Shown here one piece after another: positions 12,960 through 25,927 of a stretch of 64,000 nt of DNA. Source of the DNA: Felis catus (Eukaryota); contig NC_058368.1 of assembly GCF_018350175.1 (NCBI RefSeq), forward strand, positions 68,388,001 through 68,452,000. Reading direction: 5' to 3'. Under the pieces are notes generated by a model that made no database searches, was not told the origin of the DNA, and saw only the letters and a program-made list of their open reading frames with translations. The position numbers and the translations under genes are program-made. Position 1 is the first letter of the stretch. Each line of letters begins with the position of its first letter.

Positions 12960-13401
12960 ATCATGGGTTAAATTATGTCCCCTAAAATTCATATGTTGAA
13001 ATCCTAACCCCCAGTACCTCAGAATGTGACTTGTTTGGACATAGATTCTTTGCAGACATAATTAGTTAAAATGAGGTCATCCTGGGGTAGGGTGGGCTCC
13101 TGATTCAATGTAACTGGTGTTCCTATAAAAAGGGAAATTTGGACATAGACATGCACACAGGGAACATGCCACGTGAACTGAAGGCAGAGATTGCGGTGAT
13201 GCATCCACAAGGCAAGACATACCAAAGATAGCCAGCAAAACACCAGAAGCTGGGAGAGAAGCCTAGAACAGATCCTTCCCCAGCACCTTCAGAGAGAGCA
13301 TAGCCCAGACTTCTGGCCTCCAAACTGCCAGACAATAAATTTCCGTTGTCTGAGCCTCTCGGTCTGGTACTTTATTATAGCAAACCTAGAAAACTAATAT
13401 C
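12960..13401 (+). mobile_element. MaLR solo LTR, MLT1C-like
   Basis: aaaattcatatgttgaaatcctaacccccagtacctcagaatgtgac...caataaatttcc...gaaaactaata termini and internal motifs. Confidence 0.88.
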
Positions 13402-13564
13402 AGCACCCCCATTCCCAAGCTGGTAACCTGGGAGCCACCCAAACCTTCTCCCTCTTCTTAAGTCACTGCACTTAGCCCTCCCTAAATCTTTTATCTTGTA
13501 CCTTTGCTGACATCCTTCCCCTCTTTCCAAGTACATTTTGCAAAGGCCTAGCTTGGCTCACACG

Positions 13565-14345
13565 TGCGGATCAATCAGGATTCAATCAGGGGAGTAAACC
13601 ACTATGCACAGTAAGAAATTTACCATAGGGGTAAGAATTTTCACAACAGGGACAGAAGCTAGGAAAGTGAAGATCTGAAAAGGAGAATTTTAGGGGCACC
13701 TGGGTGAATCAGTCGGTTGAGCAACCAACTCTTGGTTTCAGCTCAGATCATGATCTTATGGTCGTGAGGTGGAGCCCCGCATGGGGCTCTGCGCTGACAG
13801 CACGGAGGCTGCTGAAGATTCTGTCTCTGTCCCCCTGCTCACGTGCATGCACTTTCTGTCTCTCTTTCTTAAATTAAAAAAATAATAATAAATGAGAAAG
13901 AGAGTTGGGAAATCAAAGGAAAAATCACTGATCAGTCTCGATATGAGTTAATTGGGTCGAAGCTTGCAAAGGAGATCCTGAAGGTAGGCACAAGCAGTTG
14001 ACGCAGTGGGGCCATGAGGTGGTTGGTATACAAAGCCTATGGAAGGTTCCTGACTACTCATGGCTGTTGTCCCTGTGAGTTCCCATGCAATGTGGGTCTG
14101 GAAGTACTGTCAGTCAGCAGGGCCACTGTCAGGACCAAGATGTAGGGGTAGAATAGATGAGAAGGGCCAGAGGAGAGCTTGCCTGCACCTCTGCACGTGT
14201 TTCAAGCTCCTAACCAATGATGACCTTCAGAGTGTAATTCTGCCTCAGTTTCAGCTCCAAATATCACATAATTTGTTTTGCAGAACTCTAACCCAGCCCA
14301 TACAGAGAAGAAGATTCTGAGCAATGTCATTCCCAAGTTAACAGT
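13565..14345. mobile_element. Probable old ERVL-class LTR, interrupted by a CAN-SINE
   Basis: caggattcaatcagggga...aaccacta start and aactctaacccagcccatacagagaagaagattctgagcaatgtcattccc end resemble ancient ERVL-type LTRs; family not determined. Confidence 0.45.
13693..13892 (+). mobile_element. CAN-SINE (SINEC)
   Basis: ggggcacctgggtgaatcagtcggttgag head, tcagatcatgatc, ctctgcgctgacag, A-rich tail. Confidence 0.93.
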
Positions 14346-14349
14346 AAAA

Positions 14350-14565
14350 CATATTATCGCAAATTTGGCAGCTAAAAATAACATAAATTTATTCTCTCTC
14401 AGATCTAGAGCCCAGATGTCTGAAATCAATATCAGCAGGTCCAAACCAAGGTGTTAGCTTGGCTGCCCTCCCTGCAAAGGCTCCAGGGGAGAATATGCTC
14501 CTTGCTTCTCCCAGCATCTAGTGGCTGCCGGTATCCCTTGCCTTGTGGCTATGTCACACTGCATT
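14350..14565 (-). mobile_element. MLT1D/E-like MaLR LTR fragment
   Basis: aacataaatttattctctc...tctgaaatcaa...ggctccaggggagaat...tggctgccggtatcccttgccttgtggc. Confidence 0.7.
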
Positions 14566-15734
14566 GTAATTTTCTGCTACGTTTTTGTCTCCCCTATGAA
14601 AATCTGAGCTCTTCATGCATGTTGACCTGTTTTTTCCTGCCCTGACTATTCAGGTTGGCTCATGGGAGATAAGAAGCCCATGTTTGGGGAACTATCCCTG
14701 CTCATGGACTATATCAGTATTATACTCCCAGATACATTGGTCGATACTCAGCTTTTCCATGATTGTTTTTAGTAGCTGTACTGTGGAGTCTGAGAGGGTC
14801 TGGTCCTAACCAGATTTATCCATTTTATCCCAGATGGCTGCATAGTAATGACTATTTTCTACATGTGCCATTCCATGGAAGAAGTTGGGAAGCATTGTTC
14901 TAAATGAAGAAAACTTGGTTCTAACTTTTATAAATAATTTTTTGTCTTCCCTGAATTCTAATATAGACTGAATTGTGGCATCATGTAGTAAATTGAACAC
15001 AGTATCCGCAGAAAGGAAGACTTGAGTTTACGCTCTGCCTCCACAGTTCTAGTCAGATGACCTACCTGACTCGTGTTCTCATTGTGGAATGAGAGTAGCA
15101 ATTCTGCTGCTTCTAGGGGATCGTGTCTGGGGAAGCCTTTCTCTACTCTCGTGTCTAATACAAGCGTTGGTCTTATCGTTTGGATCTGAGATCAGGAATG
15201 TCAGTCCAGCCCCTGGGGACTGATTGACTGCACATAATGGTGTTGGAAACTTGCCGTTTGGTTCATTGACTGTTCTTCTTATTTTGGGAATTCCTGAGAT
15301 GGAGAGTGGTAGGGCCCCATCTTGTACCATTGGGCATTGATGACACAAACATGTGAGAAGGCTCATCCAGGCTTGTTTCAGCCAGTCAATTGTTGAGAAA
15401 GTGGCTCACAGGTGTGAGGAGAGTGAAGACAGTCAGAGTTACAACTGAGTGGAAAGTCCCAAAGCTGGGGAGCCAGGGGCCGGTGGGAAGGGCACGGGAA
15501 TGGTTTCCTCAGCAGACTTCCTGCTGTGGGCCTGCACGTAGGCATCGCTTCCCTGAGATCCCACTTTTCCTTTCTGAACCTGTCAATTAGCCAGTTCATC
15601 ATTTCTACAGGCTTCCTGTCCTTCCTCCTCCCCCCCCCCCATTTTTTTTTCTGCCTAAGTCTACAGAGTTGACGTCTCTTGATCACCATCAAGAACCGAG
15701 CCAAAATAAGAGCTTAAAAGTTTTAGAAGTATCA

Positions 15735-15922
15735 GGGCACCTGGGTGGCTCAGCCAGTTGAGTGTCTGACTTCGGCTTAGGTCATGATCTCTTGGTTCAT
15801 GAGTTCAAGGCCCACGTCGGCTTGCTGCTATCAGCGTAGAGCCCACTTCGGATCCTCTGTCCCTCTCTCTCTCTGTCCTTCCCCCATTTGCACTCTCTCA
15901 AGAATAAATAAAACATTTTTTA
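15735..15922 (+). mobile_element. CAN-SINE (SINEC)
   Basis: gggcacctgggtggctcag head; TSD aaaagtt[t/c]tagaa[g/a]tatca at 15716-15734 and 15923-15941. Confidence 0.95.
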
Positions 15923-16689
15923 AAAAGTTCTAGAAATATCAATTGCATCCTAAATCAAAACAATATCCTTTTAATGGTGTTGGTAAAAGAAGCTTTATTT
16001 TGTTTAAGAATATTATACTGCATATTGTTTGCCAGACTTCCCTAAGCCTCAACCCATTTATTCATCTGTAAAATGGGGATGTTTTCTTTTAGGGTCATTT
16101 TGAACATAGAATGAACTCTTCAACAAGAACTTATTGGGTGCTTATTATTTGTCAGTCACTGTCCTATGTGTCTGGGATACATATAAAACATTAGAAAACA
16201 TCTAATCAGGGTTTGATAAAATGTGAGTACTGGACAAAACCAGCAACTAAGGATATAGTATTTGAAATGATTGTCATAAGATTGAAACTGGGTAAACTAG
16301 GAGTTCAAAGCTCTCATGTCTAGAGGTACAAAATGAAAATGTGGTAGGATAGATGCCGTATTTTTAACGTAATTTAGAAAGACAGTCAATGCCTACACAT
16401 ACTATTAAACATCTATTATGTTATCTTAACTATGATACATCAAGTAAATGATTTGCAAAAAGACAGTTTTCTGGTCTCAGAAGAGATAAGACATGTGTAT
16501 ATGAGATAATCATGTAATTTTTTTTTTTGGATTTGATTATGCCAAATAAACAGAACAGAAAAATAAAAGTTCTAAGTGAAGGGGAAAAAAACCCTGCTCT
16601 CATCCAGCTGGGCTCTGTAGGAAAAGCAACAGAGGAGGTATTTGAGCTCAGCCTTTAGTACTGATGGGATTTGAAAAAACACTTCAGCT

Positions 16690-17080
16690 CGTCATGAATG
16701 CTGTTTACTGATACTTTTCCCACTTGAGCTGCTGATGGGGTTGCATGTCCTGATTTCACTGCGGCTGGGTGGGACCATGTGACCAGTTCTGATGAATGAG
16801 TGGAGAGCAAAAGTGATGCGTGTCACTTTCAGGTCAAAGCATTTAACTGCCAATGGGAGTCTCCCCGAGCTCTCTTTATCCTCTGGCGTGGCAACCAGCA
16901 ATGCTGAAAATGGCGACCTCACCTGCTGACCCAGTAGTGTACGATGAGGCCAGCCCCGTGCTAATTCATGAGAGACACCCGACTTGCACAAAAAGTAAGA
17001 AGGCTTTGTTGTTTTAAGCCACTGGGAATCAGGGGTTGTTTTGTTATTGCATAGAACCCAGCCTGTGCCTACTGACTCAG
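16690..17080 (+). mobile_element. MaLR LTR, MLT1I/J-like
   Basis: ccatgtgaccagttctg...agcaaaagtgatgcgtgtcactttcagg...ctttgttgttttaagccactggga...ttgttattgcatag. Confidence 0.8.
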
Positions 17081-17433
17081 CACTTGTGGGAGAAAAGGCA
17101 AAAGAGAAAGCATAGTTATGGGAATGTAGCATCTTAAGTAGGTCAACTCCTTGAAAAAGCTTAATTTTGAAAAGAAGTACATGCTAAAAAAAAAAAAAGG
17201 CAAAGGAGCCCAGATTGTGGAGAATTTTGCATGTCAGGGTAAGAAGTGGGGACTTTTTCAGGAGCCTGTTACTGATTTTGAGTAGAAGTTAACGTGAGAA
17301 GTGATTGTGATGATTCGTGTGAAGGCAGTGGTCCATGGGCATTCAAGAAGGGAGCCCGGCCAGGTTTCTGCAGAGTGCAGATGGGATGGGAGAAGAGAAG
17401 TTTTCCTAAACTGAGAGCATTCCTCTCTTTTAA

Positions 17434-17437
<4 letters not shown>

Positions 17438-17470
<33 letters not shown>
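17438..17470. repeat. (CA)16 microsatellite
   Basis: Direct read. Confidence 0.97.
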
Positions 17471-17473
<3 letters not shown>

Positions 17474-17859
17474 CAAAACAAAATACATGCTACTCTGGGC
17501 AGAATTTATAGTTTCACCTCTAACCATTTGAGCTATTGGCTTAATATTTTAGACTCAAGGAAAAAAGCTCTTGGACCTCTGATTTTGCATTCATCACGCT
17601 TGAGTAATGGTCCTTGTTAGCCCTGTAATAATGTCCTCTTTTTTTTAAAGTGAAGCCTAGTAATAAAATTTTTATTGTAATCCGATGCTAACACGATTCT
17701 TCCTAACTAAGAATTATGTTTGGTGGATTTAGGCAACCCCAGGAAATATTCAGGCTAAGAATTTAAAAAGGACACCCTTATGGATAAATGTTTTAGGAGA
17801 ATTTCCTAGGAATATGCTATTTCTTAGTCTGTCTTGTCTTCTGCTTTTAAATTTAAAAC

Positions 17860-18415
17860 TAGTAGTTTTCAACTTTTAATTACTTTAAGAATAACCCGGT
17901 GACACATTTTTTAAAAAACGCAGAATCCTTAGATCTGCCTCAGAGCGACTCTAATTCAGCATACTTAGGGAAGGAGCGGTATTATGGGCTAAAAGTTCAG
18001 CCCCCCAATTCATGCGTTGAAATGTAAATTCCAATGTGGTGGTAATAGGAGGCGGGCCTTTGGGAGGTGATTAGGTCACGAAGGCAGAGCCCTCATGAAT
18101 GGAATTAGTGCCCTTATAGGAGGAGATGCCAGAGAGCTCTCTTATCCCGTCTGCCCTGTGAGGTCACAGTGAGGAGACAGCCGCCTGTGAACCAGTAAGA
18201 GGGCCCTCACCAGACACTGAATCTGCCAGTACCTTGACCTTGGACTGCCCAGGCTCCAGAACTGTGCGAAATAAATGCTTAGGTTTAAGCCACCCAGTCC
18301 ACATTTTTGTCATAGCAGCCTGAGTGAATTAAGACAGGAGCTGGGAACCTGCACATTAAGAAGTAGGTCAAGTCATGTATGCAGGGGATCTGCAGACCCC
18401 AGTGGGTGGGACAGT
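17860..18415. mobile_element. MER5-like hAT DNA transposon remnant split by an MLT1A0 LTR
   Basis: agtttttcaacttt...agaataacccgg...ttaaaaaacgcagaatcct...ctctaattcagcat before the LTR and gggaacctgcacattaag...tgcaggggatctgcagacc after it. Confidence 0.6.
17980..18336 (+). mobile_element. MaLR solo LTR, MLT1A0-like
   Basis: gggcctttgggaggtgattaggtca...gagccctcatgaatggaattagtgcccttata...ccctcaccagacactgaatctgcc...taagaca 3' end. Confidence 0.9.
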
Positions 18416-18534
18416 ACTGACCCTGAGCTTCCAGACTTGGCCATAAGCTCTGTGAAGGTAGGACAGTGTTTTCATTATCTTGGTATCTCTGGCACTAATT
18501 ATTAATACCTAGTACATACGAGGCAGCCCTGAAT

Positions 18535-18740
18535 AAGACTTACAGACACTGGCTTCGCAGTCAGACAGGCCTGGATATACATGCTGGCTCTAACACTTAT
18601 GAGTTCTGGGGCAGAAGCCATCACCTCTCTAAATCTGGCGTGGCCTTCCGAAAGTTGAGGATAATAATGCCTTCCTCCCTGAGGAGCTTCACGAGGTCGT
18701 GTTTCCATAGAACTTGTCCCAGTGCCTGGGGCCAGGGATT
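18535..18740 (+). mobile_element. MIR remnant
   Basis: agtcagacaggcctgg...ctggctctaacactta...cacctctcta...gaggataataatgccttcctc. Confidence 0.65.
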
Positions 18741-19264
18741 CCAAATGAGACCATGGTACCATTCGGATAGTCGTATGGCCAGCTCACAAGAATGCTACAG
18801 TTGGGGTTCCTGACCAAGGAGGCAATGCCAAGTGGGACTCAACATTCATCTTGATGAAGGACTGAGATGGCATCCAATACCCTGCAAGGCTGAAATCAGG
18901 TCAAAGCTCATTTGGGGAATGCGATGTGAGATCTGGAGGGCACAGTGAGACATCACAGCTCCCTGACATGAGGGAAGCAAGTATAGGGTGGTCTCCCGAT
19001 GGTGGCTTCCTTGGAAGGTTTGGTAGCCCTTATTATCAGGAAAGCATGGCTTCATCCTGTTCTAGACTCAAATCAATTCATTAGAAATCCCCTCTCCTTC
19101 CATCAGTGAGGGACACAAAGACATAGAAGAACAAAGGAGGAAGCAGACCTCTTTCCTCCCCCCACCAGGCACAGGAAGTACTCTGTGAAAGGTCCTCACA
19201 TGGGTTGTTTTCATGTATTTTTATTATTAGTAGTATTAATCATAAAACCTTGTGAATGATGAGA

Positions 19265-19460
19265 ATAGCTGACCTTCATGGATGCTTATTATGGGATGGG
19301 TCTGTGCCGAGATTTTTCCATATTGTATCCCAGTGAATCCTCCCAGGAAACCCTGTGAACTTGGTACTATTTTTATCACCATTTAAACACGAGGAAGGTA
19401 AAGCTCAGAAAGGTTAAATAATTTGTTCAAGTAAGTGGTGTCACAGCTTGGATTCTGCCT
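19265..19460 (-). mobile_element. MIR remnant
   Basis: aatcctcccaggaaaccctgtga...ggtactatttttatcaccatttaaacacgaggaa...gctcagaaaggttaaataatttg. Confidence 0.75.
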
Positions 19461-21409
19461 AATGAGCAAATCTTAGGATGATGTTAAAAATGGAATAATT
19501 GTTACGTTGAAATAGAGGGAAATCTAAGTTGCCCTAACTTTGGGGAATTTGTCTGGGTGTGTGTTTTGGGGTGAGGGAATTTTCTTTGCCTTTACCTCGT
19601 GGAAAACTGTCCATGAAACACAAAACGAAATAGCAACAATAATGTAGCTAAAGAGCTTAGGCAATTTTTCTATTACTTGTGTTAGTCAAAAATGAGAAAT
19701 TACAATTCAAGTTTTCCTGCAGCTTAATTATAGGCCTCTTTGCTGTGAACAATCCACTAAGTACTAATAATAGGGGCCATCCAAAAACAAATTCTCCAGA
19801 GACCTCCCGGCTCCGTTGGGTCTGTTTAGGACAGGTGATAAGGAGACAATGTTCTGTATGAAGAAGCAGCAGGCCCCTAGACAGTGTGAATCTTTTTCTT
19901 GTTAATGAAGCAAAATGAGCATTTTTAATGGTGTAAAACCAAAAGCAGAAATGAAAAGCCACTGCTGTTACTTACCTTGGGGCTGCAAAGGAAATATCTT
20001 CAGCATGTTAGCTAGGAAGTGATAAGGCACCATCACGAGACCCTGCACTGCTCTGCTTTGGCAAAGAGAAACCCAGAAAAAGCAGTCCTATTTTTAAAGG
20101 GCTTTTCTACTTCTGATGTGATTTGGGCCCTGTTCCTAAATCATCTTAGAATCAGAATAGCAATTCTTTTTTACCCACTTGGCTGGAGTGTTAAAGAATC
20201 GTTGGAAAATGTTCAATAAATGTCTGGAACTCTATGTAAATAGGAAAAATGCCATTATTTGTAAAAAGAATACCTAAGAAAAGCTTAATAGTATTCAACT
20301 TTCTTTTTATACTGGGAAGGAAATACATTTGTTACAATGTGCAAAAAGGTGCAATTACTTCATAGACTAGAACGTATAGTGGCTGCAACATAGTAGGATG
20401 TAAGTATCTGCTGAGTGAATTAATGAATAAAAAACATGAATAGGAGACCTCATTAAAAACAAATTAGAAAGTTGAACACATATAATAAATAACCATTTGT
20501 ACCTGCCATTGAATTTAGTCTTTTTACACCCAAAGAAAGCCTTGTTTAAAATATGAGCATCAAAGCTTGAAATTCAAGATGGAAGTATGGAAGGACCAAG
20601 AATACCTAGGTCTCAAGCCTGAGTCACAGCCAAGCTAGAAGACTCAATTTCTATTAGACCAGAAAGAATATGCTCAGAATAGACTTAGGTAACGGGGGTA
20701 TGTTGGTCAGAGCATGCGTGGGCTTGGGGGGTAAGGCTGGGGTTTACCAGGTGGGCTACGTTCATACTGTCGGAATCAGGGTCTGGGGACAGGCAGGGGA
20801 GCACACGTCCTTCCCCAAGTTTTCTAGGCACTCGGGGAATTTCATTCCTTTTCAAGGTCACCTTTGGCTCTGATGGCCTGAATTCAGTGACATTCCAATC
20901 CTGACTCAGCTGAAGAACCCAGCCTCTTGTCCTGGGTTGTCCCAATCCGACACCCTCACAAGATGATTGTTTGTATTCCAGACTGTACTGATGACTTAGG
21001 GGTAGCAAAGAGGGCTTACAATACAGAATCCAAGGGATAAATTTAAGGGTTAATATTAGTCATCTCTGTTTTTCACATCTTTCAACCATTCTGCCATCAG
21101 AGATTTTCGGCCGGCCAATATTTCCCTGCAAGCCTGTACCACAAGGCCTCCACAAAGCTAGAACAGGTATTTTCCTGAGAAGAATTTTGAAGTTGAATCT
21201 TAAAATTAACCTTTCAACATTTTTCCCCTTCTCACTAGCACATAAGAACAATGAAGTTTGCATAGAAGGGCAGTTTGCCTGCTACCAATTGTCAGCTTGC
21301 TAACCTTTTATCCTTCAAGCTTTGAGATATTGGTTTCTCCCAACTCTTAGGTGAAGCTCTTCTTATTATAAAGTTGTCAACCAGTCATGGTATAATTCTA
21401 ATCCCAATT

Positions 21410-22216
21410 ACTATGTGTAGAGGGTTTTCCCACACCACCAAGCAATTCTCTGACGCCAGCTGGGTGTCCTACAATTCAACTCAATTCTGGTATTATATCC
21501 ACATGGAGATAGCATCAGATCCCACAGGGTAAGGACTCAGTCCTACAAGACTGTCTTTGCCACCACATCACCCACACTTCAGATACCATTTGCGAGCCCA
21601 GGCTCTTACCTGTGCTTTTGATCAACTGGCTGTAAATTAGAGCTTCCCTCTACCTCCTCCTTGGGTTCAATTAATTGCTAGAAAGGCTCACAGAACTCAG
21701 AGAAATATTTTACCTATTAGATCACTAGTTTATTATAAAAAAGATATGACTCCGGAGCTATCAGATGTAAGAGATGCACAGGGCAAGGTGTGGGAAAAGA
21801 GTGCAAAGCTTCTCTTATCTTTCTAAGATGCCACTCTCCACATATCTCCACAGGTTCACCAACCCCGGAAGCTCTCAGAACCTTGTCCTTTTTTATTTTT
21901 ATGTTTTATGGTGGTTTCATGACATAAGTGTGATTGATTATATCACTGGCCATTGGTGATGAAACTCAAATCTCCAGCCCCTCTCCCCTCCCCAGTGGCC
22001 ACATCTGGAACTGAAGACTCCAGATGGAACCACTCACTGGGTTGGTTCTCCCATCCTTAGGTTACCCAGAAGCTTTCCAACAGTAGCCTCATTAGCAAAA
22101 CAAAAGACACATTTATGCTGTCATCACTTCAGGAAATTCCAAAGGTTTAAGAGCTCTGTGCCAGGAACTAGATGAACACCAAATATATATTTCCTAATTA
22201 GAAATCACAGTAGCAT
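21410..22216 (-). mobile_element. MER21-like ERV solo LTR
   Basis: ctgggtgtcctacaattcaactcaattctg...ggagatagcatcagatcccacagg...ggctcacagaactcagagaaa...tctccagcccctctcccctcccc...ggaaattccaaaggtttaagagctctgtgccaggaac match the MER21 consensus in reverse. Confidence 0.85.
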
Positions 22217-22272
22217 ATATGGTGTCTTTTCTCCTTCTGAATATGAGGAATTATCTTTGTATTTAAAAGTGA

Positions 22273-22306
22273 ACACACACACATACACACACACACACAC
22301 ACACAC
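22273..22306. repeat. Interrupted (AC)n microsatellite
   Basis: Direct read; one AT interruption. Confidence 0.95.
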
Positions 22307-22718
22307 CTCTTAAGCATTGATGTTGGACAATCAAGAGTTATCTTTGACACCCTGACTTAGGATTTGCTGGAAGGTTTCGTGTTTTCAATGACTACTGCAG
22401 GTTTGAACCTGAAGGAATCTGGTATAGGGTTATCAGCTTCTTATCTTTAGAGTTTCTTAGGACTCAGGGCCTGTTTCCTTCTGGTCTTCCTCTCTGATCA
22501 CAATACCTGTGAGATCAGCCCTGCCTGGTCTCTAATCTTATATCTGGCCAGGTAGAGGAAGTATATATAATGCTGTTGGTTCTGAAGCTAGCTGGCTATC
22601 GAGATATATTTACAATTTACTTCCAGAAAAATAATGGCATGCATGCAGGTTTACTTAATCCACAGCTACCCTAAGATCTGAGAAAAAGAAATAAATGCAA
22701 AAATGGGAAAGAAAATGT

Positions 22719-22720
<2 letters not shown>

Positions 22721-22762
<42 letters not shown>
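22721..22762. repeat. (AC)21 microsatellite
   Basis: Direct read. Confidence 0.97.
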
Positions 22763-22765
<3 letters not shown>

Positions 22766-23568
22766 CAGGAAGAAAGGTGCAGTGTGGACTCAACATCTGA
22801 CTTTAGGAGAACCTCTCCCACGTAATTTGGACTGAATGAAAGGGTGGGAAAAGGCATCAATGTGCAACTCTCCTTCCCGAGAAAGGTATACTCCATCACA
22901 TACTCTGTCACTGATGGTGTCACTGTACAATAGGGAATGAGACCCTGGACCACAGCCTCTTTACTGATATGCTGCTTCGACTCCTGCCTCTGCTATGTAG
23001 GGGCTCAACAACTATTCATTATTCAGTGAGTAAAAGCCTATTTCTTTCTCTGTGGCAAAGAGTTCTGTTGACTCTCTCTTATGAAAAATGAGGACATTAA
23101 GGCACATTTAGTTCCATGTGTGCCCCTCAATTCACTCCACCTTCAACATCGGTTGCCCTTACCTTCACTTTGTGAGGCTTTTGTGAATATTTGCATTCTG
23201 GCCTTCAGTGAAACATAGGCTTCTGAACTTATTCTGTAAGATGATTCTAAAAATTAAAAATTAAAAAACCAATAAGCACCATGCCTAATGTAACCATGTA
23301 AATATCTACAAATGGTGTGATTGGACTCAAAAAAAAGGAAATGTACATTGGTTCCCCCAAACCACACCAAGCCAAATGGATTCTCCTTTCATGCATTCCA
23401 TTTCATCCTTAAAATATTGCCATGTTTTAGTTTGCTTCACATATAGTTGTGACTTTCGCTTTCAGTTTTGGTTTTTCCTGGAATCGCCAGGAAATTGTCT
23501 TTCTTTTATCTTGTGGAGAGAAGAATTCTATGCCTCTTTCATCATTATTATCTAAAATATTCAATCTA

Positions 23569-23754
23569 GGGGCGCCTGGGTGGCTCAGTCGGTTGAGCGT
23601 CCGACTTCAGCTCAGGTTGTGATCTTACAGTCTGTGAGTTTGAGCCCCGAGTCCGGCTCTGTGCCGACAGCTCAGAGCCTGGAGCCTGTTTCGGATTCTG
23701 TGTCTCCCTCTCTCTCTGACCCTCGCCCGTTCATGCTCTGTCTCTCTCAGTCTC

Positions 23755-23786
<32 letters not shown>

Positions 23787-23818
23787 AAAGGTTAAAAAAT
23801 TTTTTAAAAATAATAAAA
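23569..23818 (+). mobile_element. Young CAN-SINE (SINEC_Fc-like) with internal A26
   Basis: ggggcgcctgggtggctcagtcggttgagcgtccgacttcagctcagg with many CpGs retained; perfect 16-bp TSD taaaatattcaatcta (23553-23568, 23819-23834). Confidence 0.97.
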
Positions 23819-23839
23819 TAAAATATTCAATCTACGAAT

Positions 23840-24800
23840 CCTGAGGAAATGACTTTTCTCTCACTTCCCTTGCTTCCTTTTCTGGAAATATCTGAGTTCC
23901 TATCCTAGTAAATCTTTCCCGTGTAGACTGTTAATTCCAGTGTCTTAGATCCCATCTCCTTTTCATGGATTTCTTTTTACTTGTGTTGGGATATTTTCTA
24001 GAGTATAGTTTTTTTTTTTCTTTCCAGAGAATGTAGAAGAAGTAGATATTCTGAGCTTATCGGTATTTTTATTCCACACTTAATTGATAGTTTGACTAGG
24101 TAGAAAATTCAATTTTTAAAATAATTTTCCCTCGGAATTTTGAAGTCACTGATCCAATGTTTCTAGCATTCAGAATTCTGATAAGAAAACTGTTAGCAAT
24201 TTAATTTTTTATTTTATCTTAGATCTCTTTAGATCCCTTTTCTCTGGAAGCTTTGGGGAACTTCTCTTTATCTTGGGGGCTCTAAAATTTCACTTACATC
24301 CCTTGAATTCCACAGGACTTTTCAATTTGCAAATTCATGGTATAATTAGGCTTAGGAAATACTCTACCTTTATTATTTCTTCCTGTGGTTTCTTGTTCCT
24401 TCTTTACTCTCTATTGGAAATTTTTTCTAGACAGGTATTGGACCTATAGAATGCATATCCTCGTCTCTTAATTTCTCGTATTTTCCACACCTTCCCCCTC
24501 CCTATCTACCAGGTTTCTTGGATCCTATCACTTATTCCATCTATCGATTTTTTCAGGTCCAATATATATATATATATATGAATATAAATTAATTTCTAAG
24601 AACTCTTTCATGTTCTTTTCCCTACTATCCTATTCTTATTTAATGGCTGCAGTAACTTTTCAGGATAGTTCATAATAATACATTTTGTTTATTAAATTGC
24701 CTTTTTCTTCCAGGCATTTATTCTGTTTACTCACTTTTTTCCCCTCAAATGTTTAGTAAACCTTAATGGTCCATTCATATTTATAGAGAAAAACTAGGGT
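23840..24800 (-). mobile_element. Highly diverged old L1 (L1M-type) remnant
   Basis: T-rich tract with gatagtttgactaggtagaaaattc...aattttccctcggaattttgaag...ttctagcatt motifs typical of antisense ancient L1. Confidence 0.55.
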
Positions 24801-24870
24801 TATTAATGTGGGTAGCTAGTGTGTGCCTTCTCCACCATTGTGTTCTTGTTTCTCTAGTAAATGTCTCTCT

Positions 24871-25311
24871 TGCATTAGTTTCTCAGGGCTGCTGTAACAA
24901 AAGCACCAGATACTGTGTGGCTAAAATACCAGAAATTTATTGTCTCACAGTTCTGGAGTCTAGAAGCCTAAAACAAGGTGTTGGCAAAGTTGATTCCTTC
25001 TGAGTTATGTGAGGGAGAATCTCTTCCATGCCTTTCTCCTAGCTTCTGGTATGTTCAGACATTCCTTGGCTTATAGATGGTTGTCTTCTCCTTTTGTGTT
25101 TTCACACTGTCTTCCCTTTTCACAATGTCTCTGTGTCCAAATGTCTCCCCTTTCCAAGGACACCAGGCATATTGGATTAGCCGTATTGGAGACACTAATG
25201 ACCTCAATTTGATTCTCTACAAAGACCTGATTCCCAAATAAGGTAACTTTCACAAGTACTGGAGGTTGGGATTTCAACATCTTTTGGGACAACCCAATTC
25301 AACTCACAACA
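24871..25311 (-). mobile_element. MaLR solo LTR, MLT1C-like
   Basis: tgcattagtttctcagggctgctgtaacaaa start; cagaaatttattgtctcacagttctggag; aaggacaccaggcatattggattag; caactcacaaca end. Confidence 0.88.
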
Positions 25312-25578
25312 CCTCTAAATGGGAGATCAGTGATGGGTTTTGAGTTGATTAGTGAAGAGGAGCAGTTGGGCTGGTGAATTTTAAATTGAGAAAGACCAAT
25401 TCTACAAAACCTAGCCCCAGCCCCAACCCCAGCCCATCACGTCAGATCATTTAGTCATTTAGTTTCTTTAGAAAGCAGGTTTTAGCATGATCAGGTAATA
25501 TTGCAATGGATATTCTATGAGAGGAGAAAGTTGGTGGAGAAAGATTTCCTTTATTTTCTCTAAAACACCAATCTTTGC

Positions 25579-25927
25579 TCTCTTGGTCAGTTGGGGCTAT
25601 TATAATGAGATACCACAGACTGCATGACTTAAACAACAGGAATTTATTTCTCATAGTTCTGGAGGCTGGGGGGTTCAAGACCAGGGTGCAAATTGGTGTC
25701 TGGTAAGGACCTTTTTCCTGGTTTACAGACAGCTGTCTCCTGGTTGTATCCTCACATGGTAGAAAGGGCAAGCTCTAGTCTCTTTTTATTCTCATGAGGG
25801 CACTAATCCCATCGTGGGGCTCTAAAGCTAGTCACCTCCCGAAGGCCCTGCATTCTAATACCATCTCATTGAGGGTTATAGTTTCAACATATGAATTGGG
25901 GTGGGCACAAACATGCAGTCTATAATG
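25579..25927 (-). mobile_element. MaLR solo LTR, MLT1A-like
   Basis: taccacagactg...ttaaacaacaggaatttatttctcatagttctggaggctgg...gagggcactaatcccat...tttcaacatatgaatt. Confidence 0.85.
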
